From Alphaproteobacteria bacterium (lineage in GTDB: Bacteria; Pseudomonadota; Alphaproteobacteria; M2410), in contig OZ252216.1 in the NCBI GenBank assembly GCA_965248915.1, positions 1,507,001 through 1,571,000 on the forward strand: DNA of 64,000 nucleotides, written 5' to 3'. Shown one piece after another: positions 10,075-18,871 of the stretch; the first letter of the stretch is position 1, and each line of letters opens with the position of its first letter. The position numbers and the translations under genes are program-made. Under the pieces are notes generated by a model. That model had not been told where the DNA came from. It saw only the letters and a program-made list of their open reading frames with translations, and ran no database searches.

Positions 10075-12057
10075 CTATTTCGCTTTCTTGAAGTCGAAAT
10101 CGTACCGTTCGTCAATATCATCGTGGATCGTGATTGTCCCACGATTGAGTTCAGGCGACCCAAGCAATGCACTAATGCACGGATTTTCGCCCTTTGCATC
10201 GTCATCGATAAGTGGCAACAAATCCTCATCTGCCTCCCTGACCAAGGCAAACCGACCCAGTGCCCCGGCAATGCCCCGAGAGACCGATCGGTCGTCCAAA
10301 TTGAAATAGGGTTGGGTGAGCGAACCTGTGACCCGAAGATCAGACGCATAGTCCAATAATGCCGGATTGAGAGGACGCGGCGCTAACCGAAGATCTACAG
10401 ATTCGGTTCCAAAGTTCAGATTGCCCCGCCCAGTCGTAATTAGATTGTGGGTTTGGATCAAAAAGGCGCGACTCTTGGCAAATCCATTTTTGATATCAAA
10501 TCGACTGACCGCACAATTCAAATTGATTTCCCGGGGCGCGTCGCCAATCGTACCATCTTCCAGCACCTGTGCTGCCAAAGGCCTGAGCTGCGCCATGAGA
10601 TCTCCGCCAAAGAACCGCCCAGCCCGTTCAGAGAGTTTTCCCGACCCGACAATCAGATTTGTCTGACCGTCCGCATTGGCGAACATACTTGCGATCGTAT
10701 CTCCTTCTCCATTGATATCGGCCGCGAAATCGAGCCTAGCTTGGAACTCGTCCATCACATTCATATCGGCCAGAAAGAGACCGAAATCGAAATTCGTAAG
10801 CGATGCAATCAATCTGAATTTCGGCGATAGTCTTGCGTCAACAATGAGCGAGGCATCAAACGCCCCATCCAAAAATGAAACAGCAACAGGATTCGCTGAC
10901 AAGACACCGTCCAGCAGGATAATTCTCACTTGGCCGTCATTCAGCAAGCCATTGGCCAGAAGAATGCGATCAGCGTAGTAGTCGAGCTCAATTTCCGAAG
11001 ATAAGAGAAATTCGATAGGAAGAGGATCATCGGAAAACAACTTTTTCGGCTTGCGTCGCAATCGAGCGCCTTCAAACGCATCAAGATCGAGAAGTTCAGA
11101 ACGCAGCGCGCCAGTTATGGTCAGGCTTTCATCGCGCTTAATCTCAATCCTTCCGTTTACATCTCCCCGCCCAATCCCGGCGTAAAGATCCTCAATCACG
11201 AAGTGTGACCTTGTGCCCGAAATGTTGGCGGTCAATGTAGTCGGCACATTTTGTTGCAAGTCGGTGATCCCAAGGAGAATTGCGACATCGGCAAGTTGTG
11301 GCGCATCGCCTTCCGCCAACAAATCAAGGCCAACGCTTTCGAGTTCGCCAAACGACCCTGAGACATTGAGATTTGCCGTTCCACTCTGAAAGGTCCCATC
11401 GATGAAAACCCGGTGGCCACTTAAAAAGGCAGAGACCGGACCAGATCGCCCTGTGAAGTGCACCTCTTGACCTTCAATGAACCCCATCGCTTCAAGATTG
11501 AGACCAATCTCACCAGGTGTGGCCGTTGCATCAGACAAAACCATCGTAAACACCGGCGTCGCTGCATTGATCAATTCAATCTGTCCACCAATCAACCGGA
11601 GACGGTTGAGGGCCGACATCCTAAAAGGTTCAGGCCCTGCCAACTTGAAACCAGATGAGGGGGCACGGTCCACGACATTCATGTCGCGACTAGGAACAAG
11701 GGACAAATCCGTATCAATGAGTTCAAGTGTTTCGACTTCGATACGACGGTGCAGCAAGGGCTTGAGACGAACCAGCGCCCGCATCTTCCCAATCTGCGCG
11801 GCGTAGGGAGCTACCGTTTCTGTCAATGGCTTGCGGTCATTGATCCCGACGCTCTCGAATGTCAGCCAAATACCCGGCGCCTTCGCAAGATCGAGGCCGA
11901 TAGGTCCAGAAACGATGATTTCCTGATCAAACTCTTCGCTGAGCATCGCTCCGACATCGGGCAACACTGGGCGTAAGTCGAGCGTGAACGGCGCGATCAA
12001 AAGACCGGCGATCATCAATACCATGGATGCGAGAATGGTGCCCCCAACTTTTCGCAA
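10075..12057 (-). CDS. AsmA-family outer-membrane assembly / lipid transport protein
   Basis: 660 aa with an N-terminal membrane anchor (MRKVGGTILASMVLMIAGLLIAP) followed by a long beta-rich, repetitive region typical of AsmA. Confidence 0.6.
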   Translation of the reverse strand: MRKVGGTILASMVLMIAGLLIAPFTLDLRPVLPDVGAMLSEEFDQEIIVSGPIGLDLAKAPGIWLTFESVGINDRKPLTETVAPYAAQIGKMRALVRLKPLLHRRIEVETLELIDTDLSLVPSRDMNVVDRAPSSGFKLAGPEPFRMSALNRLRLIGGQIELINAATPVFTMVLSDATATPGEIGLNLEAMGFIEGQEVHFTGRSGPVSAFLSGHRVFIDGTFQSGTANLNVSGSFGELESVGLDLLAEGDAPQLADVAILLGITDLQQNVPTTLTANISGTRSHFVIEDLYAGIGRGDVNGRIEIKRDESLTITGALRSELLDLDAFEGARLRRKPKKLFSDDPLPIEFLLSSEIELDYYADRILLANGLLNDGQVRIILLDGVLSANPVAVSFLDGAFDASLIVDARLSPKFRLIASLTNFDFGLFLADMNVMDEFQARLDFAADINGEGDTIASMFANADGQTNLIVGSGKLSERAGRFFGGDLMAQLRPLAAQVLEDGTIGDAPREINLNCAVSRFDIKNGFAKSRAFLIQTHNLITTGRGNLNFGTESVDLRLAPRPLNPALLDYASDLRVTGSLTQPYFNLDDRSVSRGIAGALGRFALVREADEDLLPLIDDDAKGENPCISALLGSPELNRGTITIHDDIDERYDFDFKKAK

Positions 12058-12094
12058 CGTCTCACCCTCACCCTAGTCGATCTGGTGTTTGACT

Positions 12095-12766
12095 CTACCC
12101 AGGCCAGATCTCGTTTAGAACTCGATGCAGCGCGTCAAATCGATCTATGACCGATATTGCCCCCGCCGCCATCAGCTCTTCTGGGTCATGATAGCCCCAT
12201 TTTACGCCCACCGCATGCGTTCCTGCATTTTTGGCGAGTTCAATATCGAAGATTGTGTCGCCGACGACAACCGTTTCGTCCGGATCGGCCCCAATCTGCG
12301 CCATCGCATCGGTCAAAATCTGAGGATCTGGCTTGCCTGGACCGTCATCGGCGGACTTAATAATATCAAAGTAGGGCTCAAGCCCGTGTTGAGCCAGCAC
12401 TGCATCGACCCCGCGTCGAGACTTGCCTGTGGCCATTCCCATATGGTGGCCGACCCTTCGCAGAGCGTCCAAGACCTCCTTGGTCCCTTCAAATAATGGT
12501 TCATGAACCTTCTCCGTCTCTCGGATGGTAAAAAAGGCTTCCCGATACGTCTCCGCGACCCGGGCGGCCAGTTCGGGATCACCATCCTCCAGAAGAACCA
12601 TAATGGCTTCATCTAGGTGAAGACCAACCACCCGGCGCACCGCGCTTCGCGGCAAAGGATCAAGTCCATGCGCCGCAAAAGCCCGTGACATGGCTTCTGC
12701 AATCATGAATTGGCTGTCCACCAAGGTTCCGTCGCAATCAAAGACGATGAAACGTGGAGTATTCAT
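12095..12766 (-). CDS. HAD-superfamily hydrolase, phosphoglycolate phosphatase-like
   Basis: HAD motif I FDCDGTLVDS; later GDTIFDIELAKNAG. Overlaps rluD by 4 nt. Confidence 0.75.
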   Translation of the reverse strand: MNTPRFIVFDCDGTLVDSQFMIAEAMSRAFAAHGLDPLPRSAVRRVVGLHLDEAIMVLLEDGDPELAARVAETYREAFFTIRETEKVHEPLFEGTKEVLDALRRVGHHMGMATGKSRRGVDAVLAQHGLEPYFDIIKSADDGPGKPDPQILTDAMAQIGADPDETVVVGDTIFDIELAKNAGTHAVGVKWGYHDPEELMAAGAISVIDRFDALHRVLNEIWPG

Positions 12767-13770
12767 CCATCCAAATCCAATTCATCAAAGGCACCTTCGC
12801 CCTCATTTTCTTCGAAAGTGAGAAGCGACCAGGTTTTTACCATGTGGTTGGGCAAAGGGGCTTCCACAACAAGCTGCCCTTTTCGCGGGTGAGGCAGAGA
12901 TATCGACCTCGCATGGAGGTGCATCTGCTTTGATATCTCACCGCCCAGCACTGCGTCTGGCCCGCCATATTTTCTGTCGCCGACTATGGCATGGTCGATG
13001 GCTGCACTGTGAACCCTTAGTTGATGCGTTCGTCCTGTCGTCGGCATCAAAGCAACCCAGGAAGATTGTTGCCCGGCCCGTGCCACCACTGAGTAGTGCG
13101 TGATCGCCTTTTGAGCTTCACTAAAGAGCTCTGGCGTCTCGTCGGTCACCGGCACCATGCGCTCACCATATTGACCGCCTGCTTGTTTCGCGATCGGCAA
13201 ATTGATCGTGCCTTGCTCTGGACGTGGTACTCCGACACAAAGCGCCCAATAGATCTTTCGAGCCTTCTTTCCTTTGAATGACTTTCCGAGCTTTCCTGCA
13301 TAAGCACCTGATTTTGCGAGCAAAAGGACACCGCTTGTATCCTTGTCGAGACGGTGAACAAGCCGCGGTCGCTCCGCACCCTCTTCAACCAATCCCGGCA
13401 ACATCGCGTCCAAATGACGCTCCGTCATGCTTCCACCTTGAACCGCAAGACCTGGTGGTTTGTTAAGCGCTATCACGGCATCATCTTCGTAAATCACAAG
13501 ACTGCGGACAAATTCTCGGTCCCGCGCGCTGACATATTCTGGCGTCTTGGGTAATGAATCGCTGTCGCGCAAAGGCGGCACCCGCACTGTCTGACCTTCG
13601 ACGATCCGCGCTGAGGATTTGACCCGTTTCCCATCAAGGCGAACCTGGCCGGTTCGAAGGAGTTTTTCGAGCCGACTGCGCGGCAAATCGGGAAAGCGGT
13701 CTTTGAACCACCGGTCGATCCTGCGCCCATCCTCAGCGTCTGTTACTTCGAATTTTTGTACGCCGCTCAT
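12763..13770 (-). CDS. RluA/RluC/RluD-family 23S rRNA pseudouridine synthase
   Basis: N-terminal S4 domain (RIDRWF...RSRLEKLLRTGQVRLDGKRV) and catalytic HRLDKDTSGVLLLAKS. Confidence 0.8.
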   Translation of the reverse strand: MSGVQKFEVTDAEDGRRIDRWFKDRFPDLPRSRLEKLLRTGQVRLDGKRVKSSARIVEGQTVRVPPLRDSDSLPKTPEYVSARDREFVRSLVIYEDDAVIALNKPPGLAVQGGSMTERHLDAMLPGLVEEGAERPRLVHRLDKDTSGVLLLAKSGAYAGKLGKSFKGKKARKIYWALCVGVPRPEQGTINLPIAKQAGGQYGERMVPVTDETPELFSEAQKAITHYSVVARAGQQSSWVALMPTTGRTHQLRVHSAAIDHAIVGDRKYGGPDAVLGGEISKQMHLHARSISLPHPRKGQLVVEAPLPNHMVKTWSLLTFEENEGEGAFDELDLDG

Positions 13771-14159
13771 GTCAGCACCGCCCGCATGATCGCCAGCCCG
13801 GCAAACAAAGCGGCTATCGCGAGAACGACCGATGAAACAATATAGAGAAAGGACGGCAACAATTGGCCCCGTTCAAACAGCGTGATCGCATCAAGGGCGA
13901 AGGTCGAAAAAGTTGTGAAACCGCCCAGCACCCCGACCGCCAGGAATGCACGTGCTTCCAAGCTGAGATTGAGTTTGAGGGCCGCCGCTTCAATCAATAC
14001 GCCCATTAGGAACGACCCCAACACATTGACCAATAATGTGCCCCAGGGGAAACCAAGCCCCATCAACCGGATCATCCAAGTCGAAACCAAATGTCGACTG
14101 GCTGCGCCAACTGCCCCGCCAAGAGCGACCGCTAGTGTAATCTGGAGCGCCTGAGGCAT
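13767..14159 (-). CDS. crcB: Fluoride ion channel CrcB/FluC
   Basis: 130 aa with four TM segments; motifs GFPWGTLLVNVLGSFLMG and GGFTTFSTF. Confidence 0.85.
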   Translation of the reverse strand: MPQALQITLAVALGGAVGAASRHLVSTWMIRLMGLGFPWGTLLVNVLGSFLMGVLIEAAALKLNLSLEARAFLAVGVLGGFTTFSTFALDAITLFERGQLLPSFLYIVSSVVLAIAALFAGLAIMRAVLT

Positions 14160-14196
14160 AGTCGAGAAAGGCCTTTCTGTATCTTCAAGAGCTCTG

Positions 14197-15621
14197 CTAA
14201 ACCGGTTTTATTGCGGTTGCAGGTGTTGGACTTCCACTGACACCGCCTCTTACGGCACGTTTTTCCGATTTTTTCCACTCTCTGCGCAAGTAGAACGAAT
14301 ACTCCGAACAATCAATCTGAATTGTATGGCTCTCTGACGATGTAAAACGCGATTTCATCCACGTATCGTAGGCCGCCATCTCAGACCGCATGACCCCCTT
14401 GTCCGGCAACACCACCTCGCCCACCAAGTAATCCGCCACAAAATTCGATTGCAGTTCGGCAATCGGCATCATGGCACACAGCGGTTGGACCAATGCAATA
14501 AAGGCCAAGTTCTCAATTTCTGGGTTGAAGATCCTCTGCCATAAAGGAATTGAATTCTGCGGCGCCGAAATGAAGTCTTTGTCAAAGAAAGGAAAGGTCA
14601 CATTGTATCCAGTGGCATAGATGATCGCATCGACGTCTTCCACCGAGCCATCCTCAAACATCACCTGATGACCCATCAGTTTCTTGATGTTCCCTTTCGG
14701 TGTGATGTCCCCGTGGATCAAACGGGCGTGCAGCTCTTGGCTCACTGTGGGATGGCGCATGTGGAATGGCTCCTTGGGCTCTTTCAATCCAACCCGCGTC
14801 GGCGACCCAAGGTTCCGCGTCAGCAGTTTTTCAATCACCCGGTCTGTCATCTTAAGTCTAAGACTGCGTGGTATCACCGCACGGATCAGACGCTCCTTCC
14901 AAGACGGCATCACCATCGGGTTTCGGGCCAACGCATCCTGTGGCACATTGCCAAAGACCTTCGGTACAATCCAAACACCTGAGCGCTGCGCCAGATAGAC
15001 GTTTCGGGCTCCCTGCCCCACATGTCCAAGTTCACAAGCTATATCCATTGCCGTATTACCCATGCCGACAACTACAACGTTCTTGTCGCGAAGGTCGTGC
15101 GGCGTCTGAGTGTCAATATAGTGATGGGCATGAAACTGCGGACCGTCAAACTGACCAGGGAAATCCACCATGCGCGGATCCCAGTGATGACCATTGGCAA
15201 CACAGAGAAAATCATAATGTTCGACAGAGACGCCCTCAGGACCCTCTACCGAAATTTCCCAAGTTCCATCATCGAGCCGCTTGCAGGCTTTTACCTCAGT
15301 GTTGAACTGGATTTGGTCTCGTACGCCAAACTCATCTACGTAACGATTGTATTCAGCATAGATTTCATCATGGGTCGGATACTCAGCAATCTCGGACCGA
15401 AACTTGAAATCCGATAACTCCATCATCCGTTTTGAAGTGTTGATATGAAGCGAACGATAGCAAGTCGATTGGCCATTATCGTTGTCGAATCGCCAGATGC
15501 CGCCAATACCGCTTCCCTTTTCGTAAACGACAACGGGAACCCCGTGCTGTTTGAGAACCTTCGCACAAATCACACCGCTCGTTCCGGCGCCAATCACACA
15601 TGTCTTCGGCCGCTCGACCAT
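14197..15621 (-). CDS. Flavin-containing monooxygenase; candidate trimethylamine monooxygenase
   Basis: FAD-binding GAGTSG. FMO-identifying motif FxGxxxHxxxY is present as FDGPQFHAHHY. Second Rossmann motif VVVVGMGNTAMD. Confidence 0.7.
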   Translation of the reverse strand: MVERPKTCVIGAGTSGVICAKVLKQHGVPVVVYEKGSGIGGIWRFDNDNGQSTCYRSLHINTSKRMMELSDFKFRSEIAEYPTHDEIYAEYNRYVDEFGVRDQIQFNTEVKACKRLDDGTWEISVEGPEGVSVEHYDFLCVANGHHWDPRMVDFPGQFDGPQFHAHHYIDTQTPHDLRDKNVVVVGMGNTAMDIACELGHVGQGARNVYLAQRSGVWIVPKVFGNVPQDALARNPMVMPSWKERLIRAVIPRSLRLKMTDRVIEKLLTRNLGSPTRVGLKEPKEPFHMRHPTVSQELHARLIHGDITPKGNIKKLMGHQVMFEDGSVEDVDAIIYATGYNVTFPFFDKDFISAPQNSIPLWQRIFNPEIENLAFIALVQPLCAMMPIAELQSNFVADYLVGEVVLPDKGVMRSEMAAYDTWMKSRFTSSESHTIQIDCSEYSFYLRREWKKSEKRAVRGGVSGSPTPATAIKPV

Positions 15622-15869
15622 CTAGGTCTCCTAGTCGCTTGGATCAATTATGGAAATCGAACATGACACTCCCTTCCCGACAGCGTCAAGGCGCGGACGG
15701 AAAAGCACAAACGAATCAGCTAGGTGAAAGGGATCGGGACGATTACACTTCTGCAAGCAACAAATTTTCCCTGGCGAATCTGAGCTTGCTTGATTCACAT
15801 GGCGGCCTGGCCTATTCACAAGCCTTACGCCCTTTATTGCCAGAAAGTTCACACGAGTTAAGGAGTCCC

Positions 15870-17867
15870 ATGGCCCGCGCAGCGAAGAAATCTGCGGATC
15901 TATTTGACAATGTCAGCGACAAGTCCGTCAAAGAATACAGTGCAAAAGACATTGAAGTCCTAGAAGGACTTGAACCGGTGCGTCGACGTCCCGGTATGTA
16001 TATCGGCGGCACGGACGAAAAAGCTCTGCATCACCTCTTTGCGGAAGTCCTGGACAATGCCATGGACGAAGCCGTCGCCGGACATGCCTCCTGGATCGAA
16101 GTCAACCTTCTGGACGATGGGACCCTGACGGTCACCGACAATGGACGCGGCATCCCAGTTGATCCTCACCCCAAATTCAAAAACAAATCTGCGCTCGAAG
16201 TGATCATGACCACGCTTCATTCAGGTGGTAAATTTGGCGGCAAGGCCTACGAAACATCTGGCGGCCTACACGGCGTCGGCGTCTCTGTGGTAAATGCTCT
16301 CTCGGAAATACTGATTGTCGAAGTTGCTCGCAACAAGAAGCTCTACCAACAGACGTTCTCGCGCGGCAAACCGAAGACAAAACTCAAACAAATCGGCACC
16401 ACCGGAAATCGCCGCGGCAGCAAAATCTCGTTCGTGCCCGATTCCGAAATTTTCGGGAAAACCGCTAAGTTCAAACCGTCCCGCCTCTTCCGAATGGCGC
16501 GGTCCAAGGCCTATCTCTTCGGCGGTGTTCAAATCAAATGGCGATGTGCGCCTTCTCTACTCGGCAAAGACCAATCCACACCACAAAAGGAAGACCTACA
16601 TTTTCCCGGCGGGCTCAAAGATTTTTTGGCTGCGACGATCCAAGATCGTCCAACCGTCACCAGTGAAGCTTTTGCCGGCAAGACGGAGAAAACCAAGGGC
16701 CACGGGGCCGTTGAATGGGCGATCACATGGTATGCCAGCGCGGACCCATTCTTTGACTCCTATTGCAACACCGTCCCCACCACCGAAGGCGGCACCCACG
16801 AGAGTGGTTTTCGATCTGCGCTGACCAAGGGGCTGCGTGCCTACGGCGAACTCACTGGCACCAAAAAGGCATCTCAGATATCAGCTGATGATGTCATGAG
16901 TACGGCTGGCGCTCTAATGTCGGTCTTCATTCGTGAGCCGGAATTTCAAGGCCAGACGAAAGAAAAACTGGCGACCGTCGAAGCCACCAAGTTAGTAGAA
17001 AGCGCGGTGCGAGATCATTTCGACCATTGGCTGACAAAGTCACCCAAGGAAGCCGACAAGCTGTTGGAGTGGACAATTGAACGCTCCGAAGACCGCTTGC
17101 GCCGCCGAAAAGAACGTGAGGTCTCCCGCAAAAACGCTGTTCGAAAACTCCGCCTGCCGGGCAAACTCGCAGACTGCAGTAGCGGGGCGGCTGACAACAC
17201 AGAGATCTTCATTGTCGAGGGAGACTCGGCTGGTGGCTCTGCAAAGCAAGCACGCGATCGCAAGACCCAAGCCATCCTGCCCTTGCGAGGCAAGATCCTC
17301 AACGTCGCAAGCGCCGGCGCCGCAAAGATCCAAGCAAACCAAGAACTGAGCGATCTCATCCAAGCACTGGGTTGTGGACTACGCGACAAATACCGCGAAA
17401 ACGATCTTCGCTACGACCGCGTGGTCATTATGACGGACGCCGATGTCGATGGTGCCCATATCGCCTCTCTTTTGATCACCTTCTTCTACAAAGAAATTCC
17501 GAACCTCATTCGCGACGGTCATTTATTCCTCGCCGTCCCGCCCCTCTATCGCCTTAGCCAAGGGGGCAAGTCGGCCTATGCCCGCGATGACGAACACCGC
17601 GACGAATTGATAAAGAAAGAGTTCAAGGGCAAGGGCAAGATTGAAGTCAGTCGCTTCAAAGGCCTCGGCGAAATGATGCCTGCGCAGCTTAAAGAAACCA
17701 CCATGAAGCCTGGCAGCCGCACACTCCTACGCGTTGAGTTCCCTGAAGATATTGATGACGTTAAAGACACAGCCAATCTCGTAGAGACCCTAATGGGCAA
17801 AAAACCGGAACTTCGTTTCGCCTACATCCAAGAAAATGCGGTCTATGCTGAAGACCTCGACATTTAG
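15870..17867 (+). CDS. parE: DNA topoisomerase IV subunit B
   Basis: GHKL ATPase plus TOPRIM motifs: VLDNAMDE, VTDNGRGIP, EGDSAGGSAK, IMTDADVDGAHI. Length (665 aa) fits ParE rather than the longer alphaproteobacterial GyrB. An aggag RBS sits at 15861..15865. The ORF-track start at 15600 overlaps the FMO gene, so I reject it in favour of the ATG at 15870. Confidence 0.85.
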   Translation: MARAAKKSADLFDNVSDKSVKEYSAKDIEVLEGLEPVRRRPGMYIGGTDEKALHHLFAEVLDNAMDEAVAGHASWIEVNLLDDGTLTVTDNGRGIPVDPHPKFKNKSALEVIMTTLHSGGKFGGKAYETSGGLHGVGVSVVNALSEILIVEVARNKKLYQQTFSRGKPKTKLKQIGTTGNRRGSKISFVPDSEIFGKTAKFKPSRLFRMARSKAYLFGGVQIKWRCAPSLLGKDQSTPQKEDLHFPGGLKDFLAATIQDRPTVTSEAFAGKTEKTKGHGAVEWAITWYASADPFFDSYCNTVPTTEGGTHESGFRSALTKGLRAYGELTGTKKASQISADDVMSTAGALMSVFIREPEFQGQTKEKLATVEATKLVESAVRDHFDHWLTKSPKEADKLLEWTIERSEDRLRRRKEREVSRKNAVRKLRLPGKLADCSSGAADNTEIFIVEGDSAGGSAKQARDRKTQAILPLRGKILNVASAGAAKIQANQELSDLIQALGCGLRDKYRENDLRYDRVVIMTDADVDGAHIASLLITFFYKEIPNLIRDGHLFLAVPPLYRLSQGGKSAYARDDEHRDELIKKEFKGKGKIEVSRFKGLGEMMPAQLKETTMKPGSRTLLRVEFPEDIDDVKDTANLVETLMGKKPELRFAYIQENAVYAEDLDI

Positions 17868-17881
17868 CGAGCCGTTCATCC

Positions 17882-18595
17882 ATGACCAAACTCAAGCTCA
17901 TCGCCCTTACCACCGCCACGGTCACAATCATGATGGCAGGCCTTCAGGCAAGCCAATCGAACGATGAAGCACCTCTCGATACTCTGACGATCGAGGAGTT
18001 GCGCAATGGGATCCGCACATCAGTCGAGCAACTCATTGAAGCAACAAATGCTCAGCGCGCAATTTCGAACAATCAAGAAGCCCTTGCAGAAGCGACGTCC
18101 GCCACAGACATGAAGCGCGAAACACTAGAAGAACAAATATCCGTTCTTGAGAAAAACTATGAGCGATTCAGTGGAGAGGTAAAAAAGTACAATCGAAAGT
18201 GCGACAAGGCATTCACTGAAGACGATCCAGAACTCAAAAAGTGCTTTGAATGGCAGGAAGACCTTAAGGCGGCCGAGGACGAGCTCGACCAATCACAATC
18301 GTCATTGGAGCGTGCTGGAGCAAAACACGATTTGCGGCAGAAAGAGCTAACTACACGCCAAAGCGAAGTTGCCGCCAACGCCGCAGCCCAACGAGAGACA
18401 ATCCACGGTCTCATCGCGCGCACACGGTCCATTCGCGCCGAAGCCGACCATCGAAAGTGGTTTGGGTGTGTCGAAAAAGACCTTTGCGACAACGTCAAAC
18501 GCCTTGAAAAATGCATGAGGGCCATAACCCTGACCTGCAGAACCGGGTGCCTACAGAGCATTCTTGATGGCACGAGCCCTCCTTCTTGCGAATAG
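17882..18595 (+). CDS. Secreted coiled-coil protein with a Cys-rich C-terminus (hypothetical)
   Basis: Signal peptide MTKLKLIALTTATVTIMMAGLQA. Heptad-like helical region. C-terminal cysteines: CDKAF...CFEW...GCVEKDLCDN...CMRAITLTCRTGC. Confidence 0.45.
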   Translation: MTKLKLIALTTATVTIMMAGLQASQSNDEAPLDTLTIEELRNGIRTSVEQLIEATNAQRAISNNQEALAEATSATDMKRETLEEQISVLEKNYERFSGEVKKYNRKCDKAFTEDDPELKKCFEWQEDLKAAEDELDQSQSSLERAGAKHDLRQKELTTRQSEVAANAAAQRETIHGLIARTRSIRAEADHRKWFGCVEKDLCDNVKRLEKCMRAITLTCRTGCLQSILDGTSPPSCE

Positions 18596-18871
18596 AACGA
18601 ACCGTTGGCCCACCGAATCAGTCAAAGTCTGAACCATCCCACCTGTTGCCGATTGGCTACAGAAACGTTGTAATTGGGCTCCACAGGGCCAATTCATAGG
18701 GATTCAAAGGCCAATCACGCGATCCCATTTGACACACTCGCTTAAAATCATATGGTCGCGCAATTCGTACGGCGACCAACGATGTCCCATGCGGATGGTA
18801 TGAAGGCTTGGACCCACCGATGAGGTCCGGGGCCCGGCCTCGCAAAATGGGGCCCAATAGAGCGACATTGA

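Noticed and set aside
14160-14196. Possible fluoride (crcB-motif) riboswitch upstream of crcB
   Set aside because: The gap between the FMO stop and the crcB start is only 37 nt, too short for the ~60-80-nt aptamer, and shows no conserved crcB-motif elements. crcB is probably co-transcribed with the FMO gene.
15600-15869. Extended N-terminus of the ParE ORF starting at 15600
   Set aside because: It would overlap the 3' end of the convergent FMO gene and encodes a low-complexity Ser/Arg-rich peptide. The ATG at 15870 is preceded by an AGGAG RBS, and the product then begins at the conserved ParE N-terminus.
18596-18871. Minus-strand ORFs 18657..18857 and 18704..19132 in the parE-helicase intergenic region
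   Set aside because: They overlap the helicase start and promoter region, carry no motifs, and have atypical composition. They are more likely non-coding 5' leader of the DEAD-box helicase gene.
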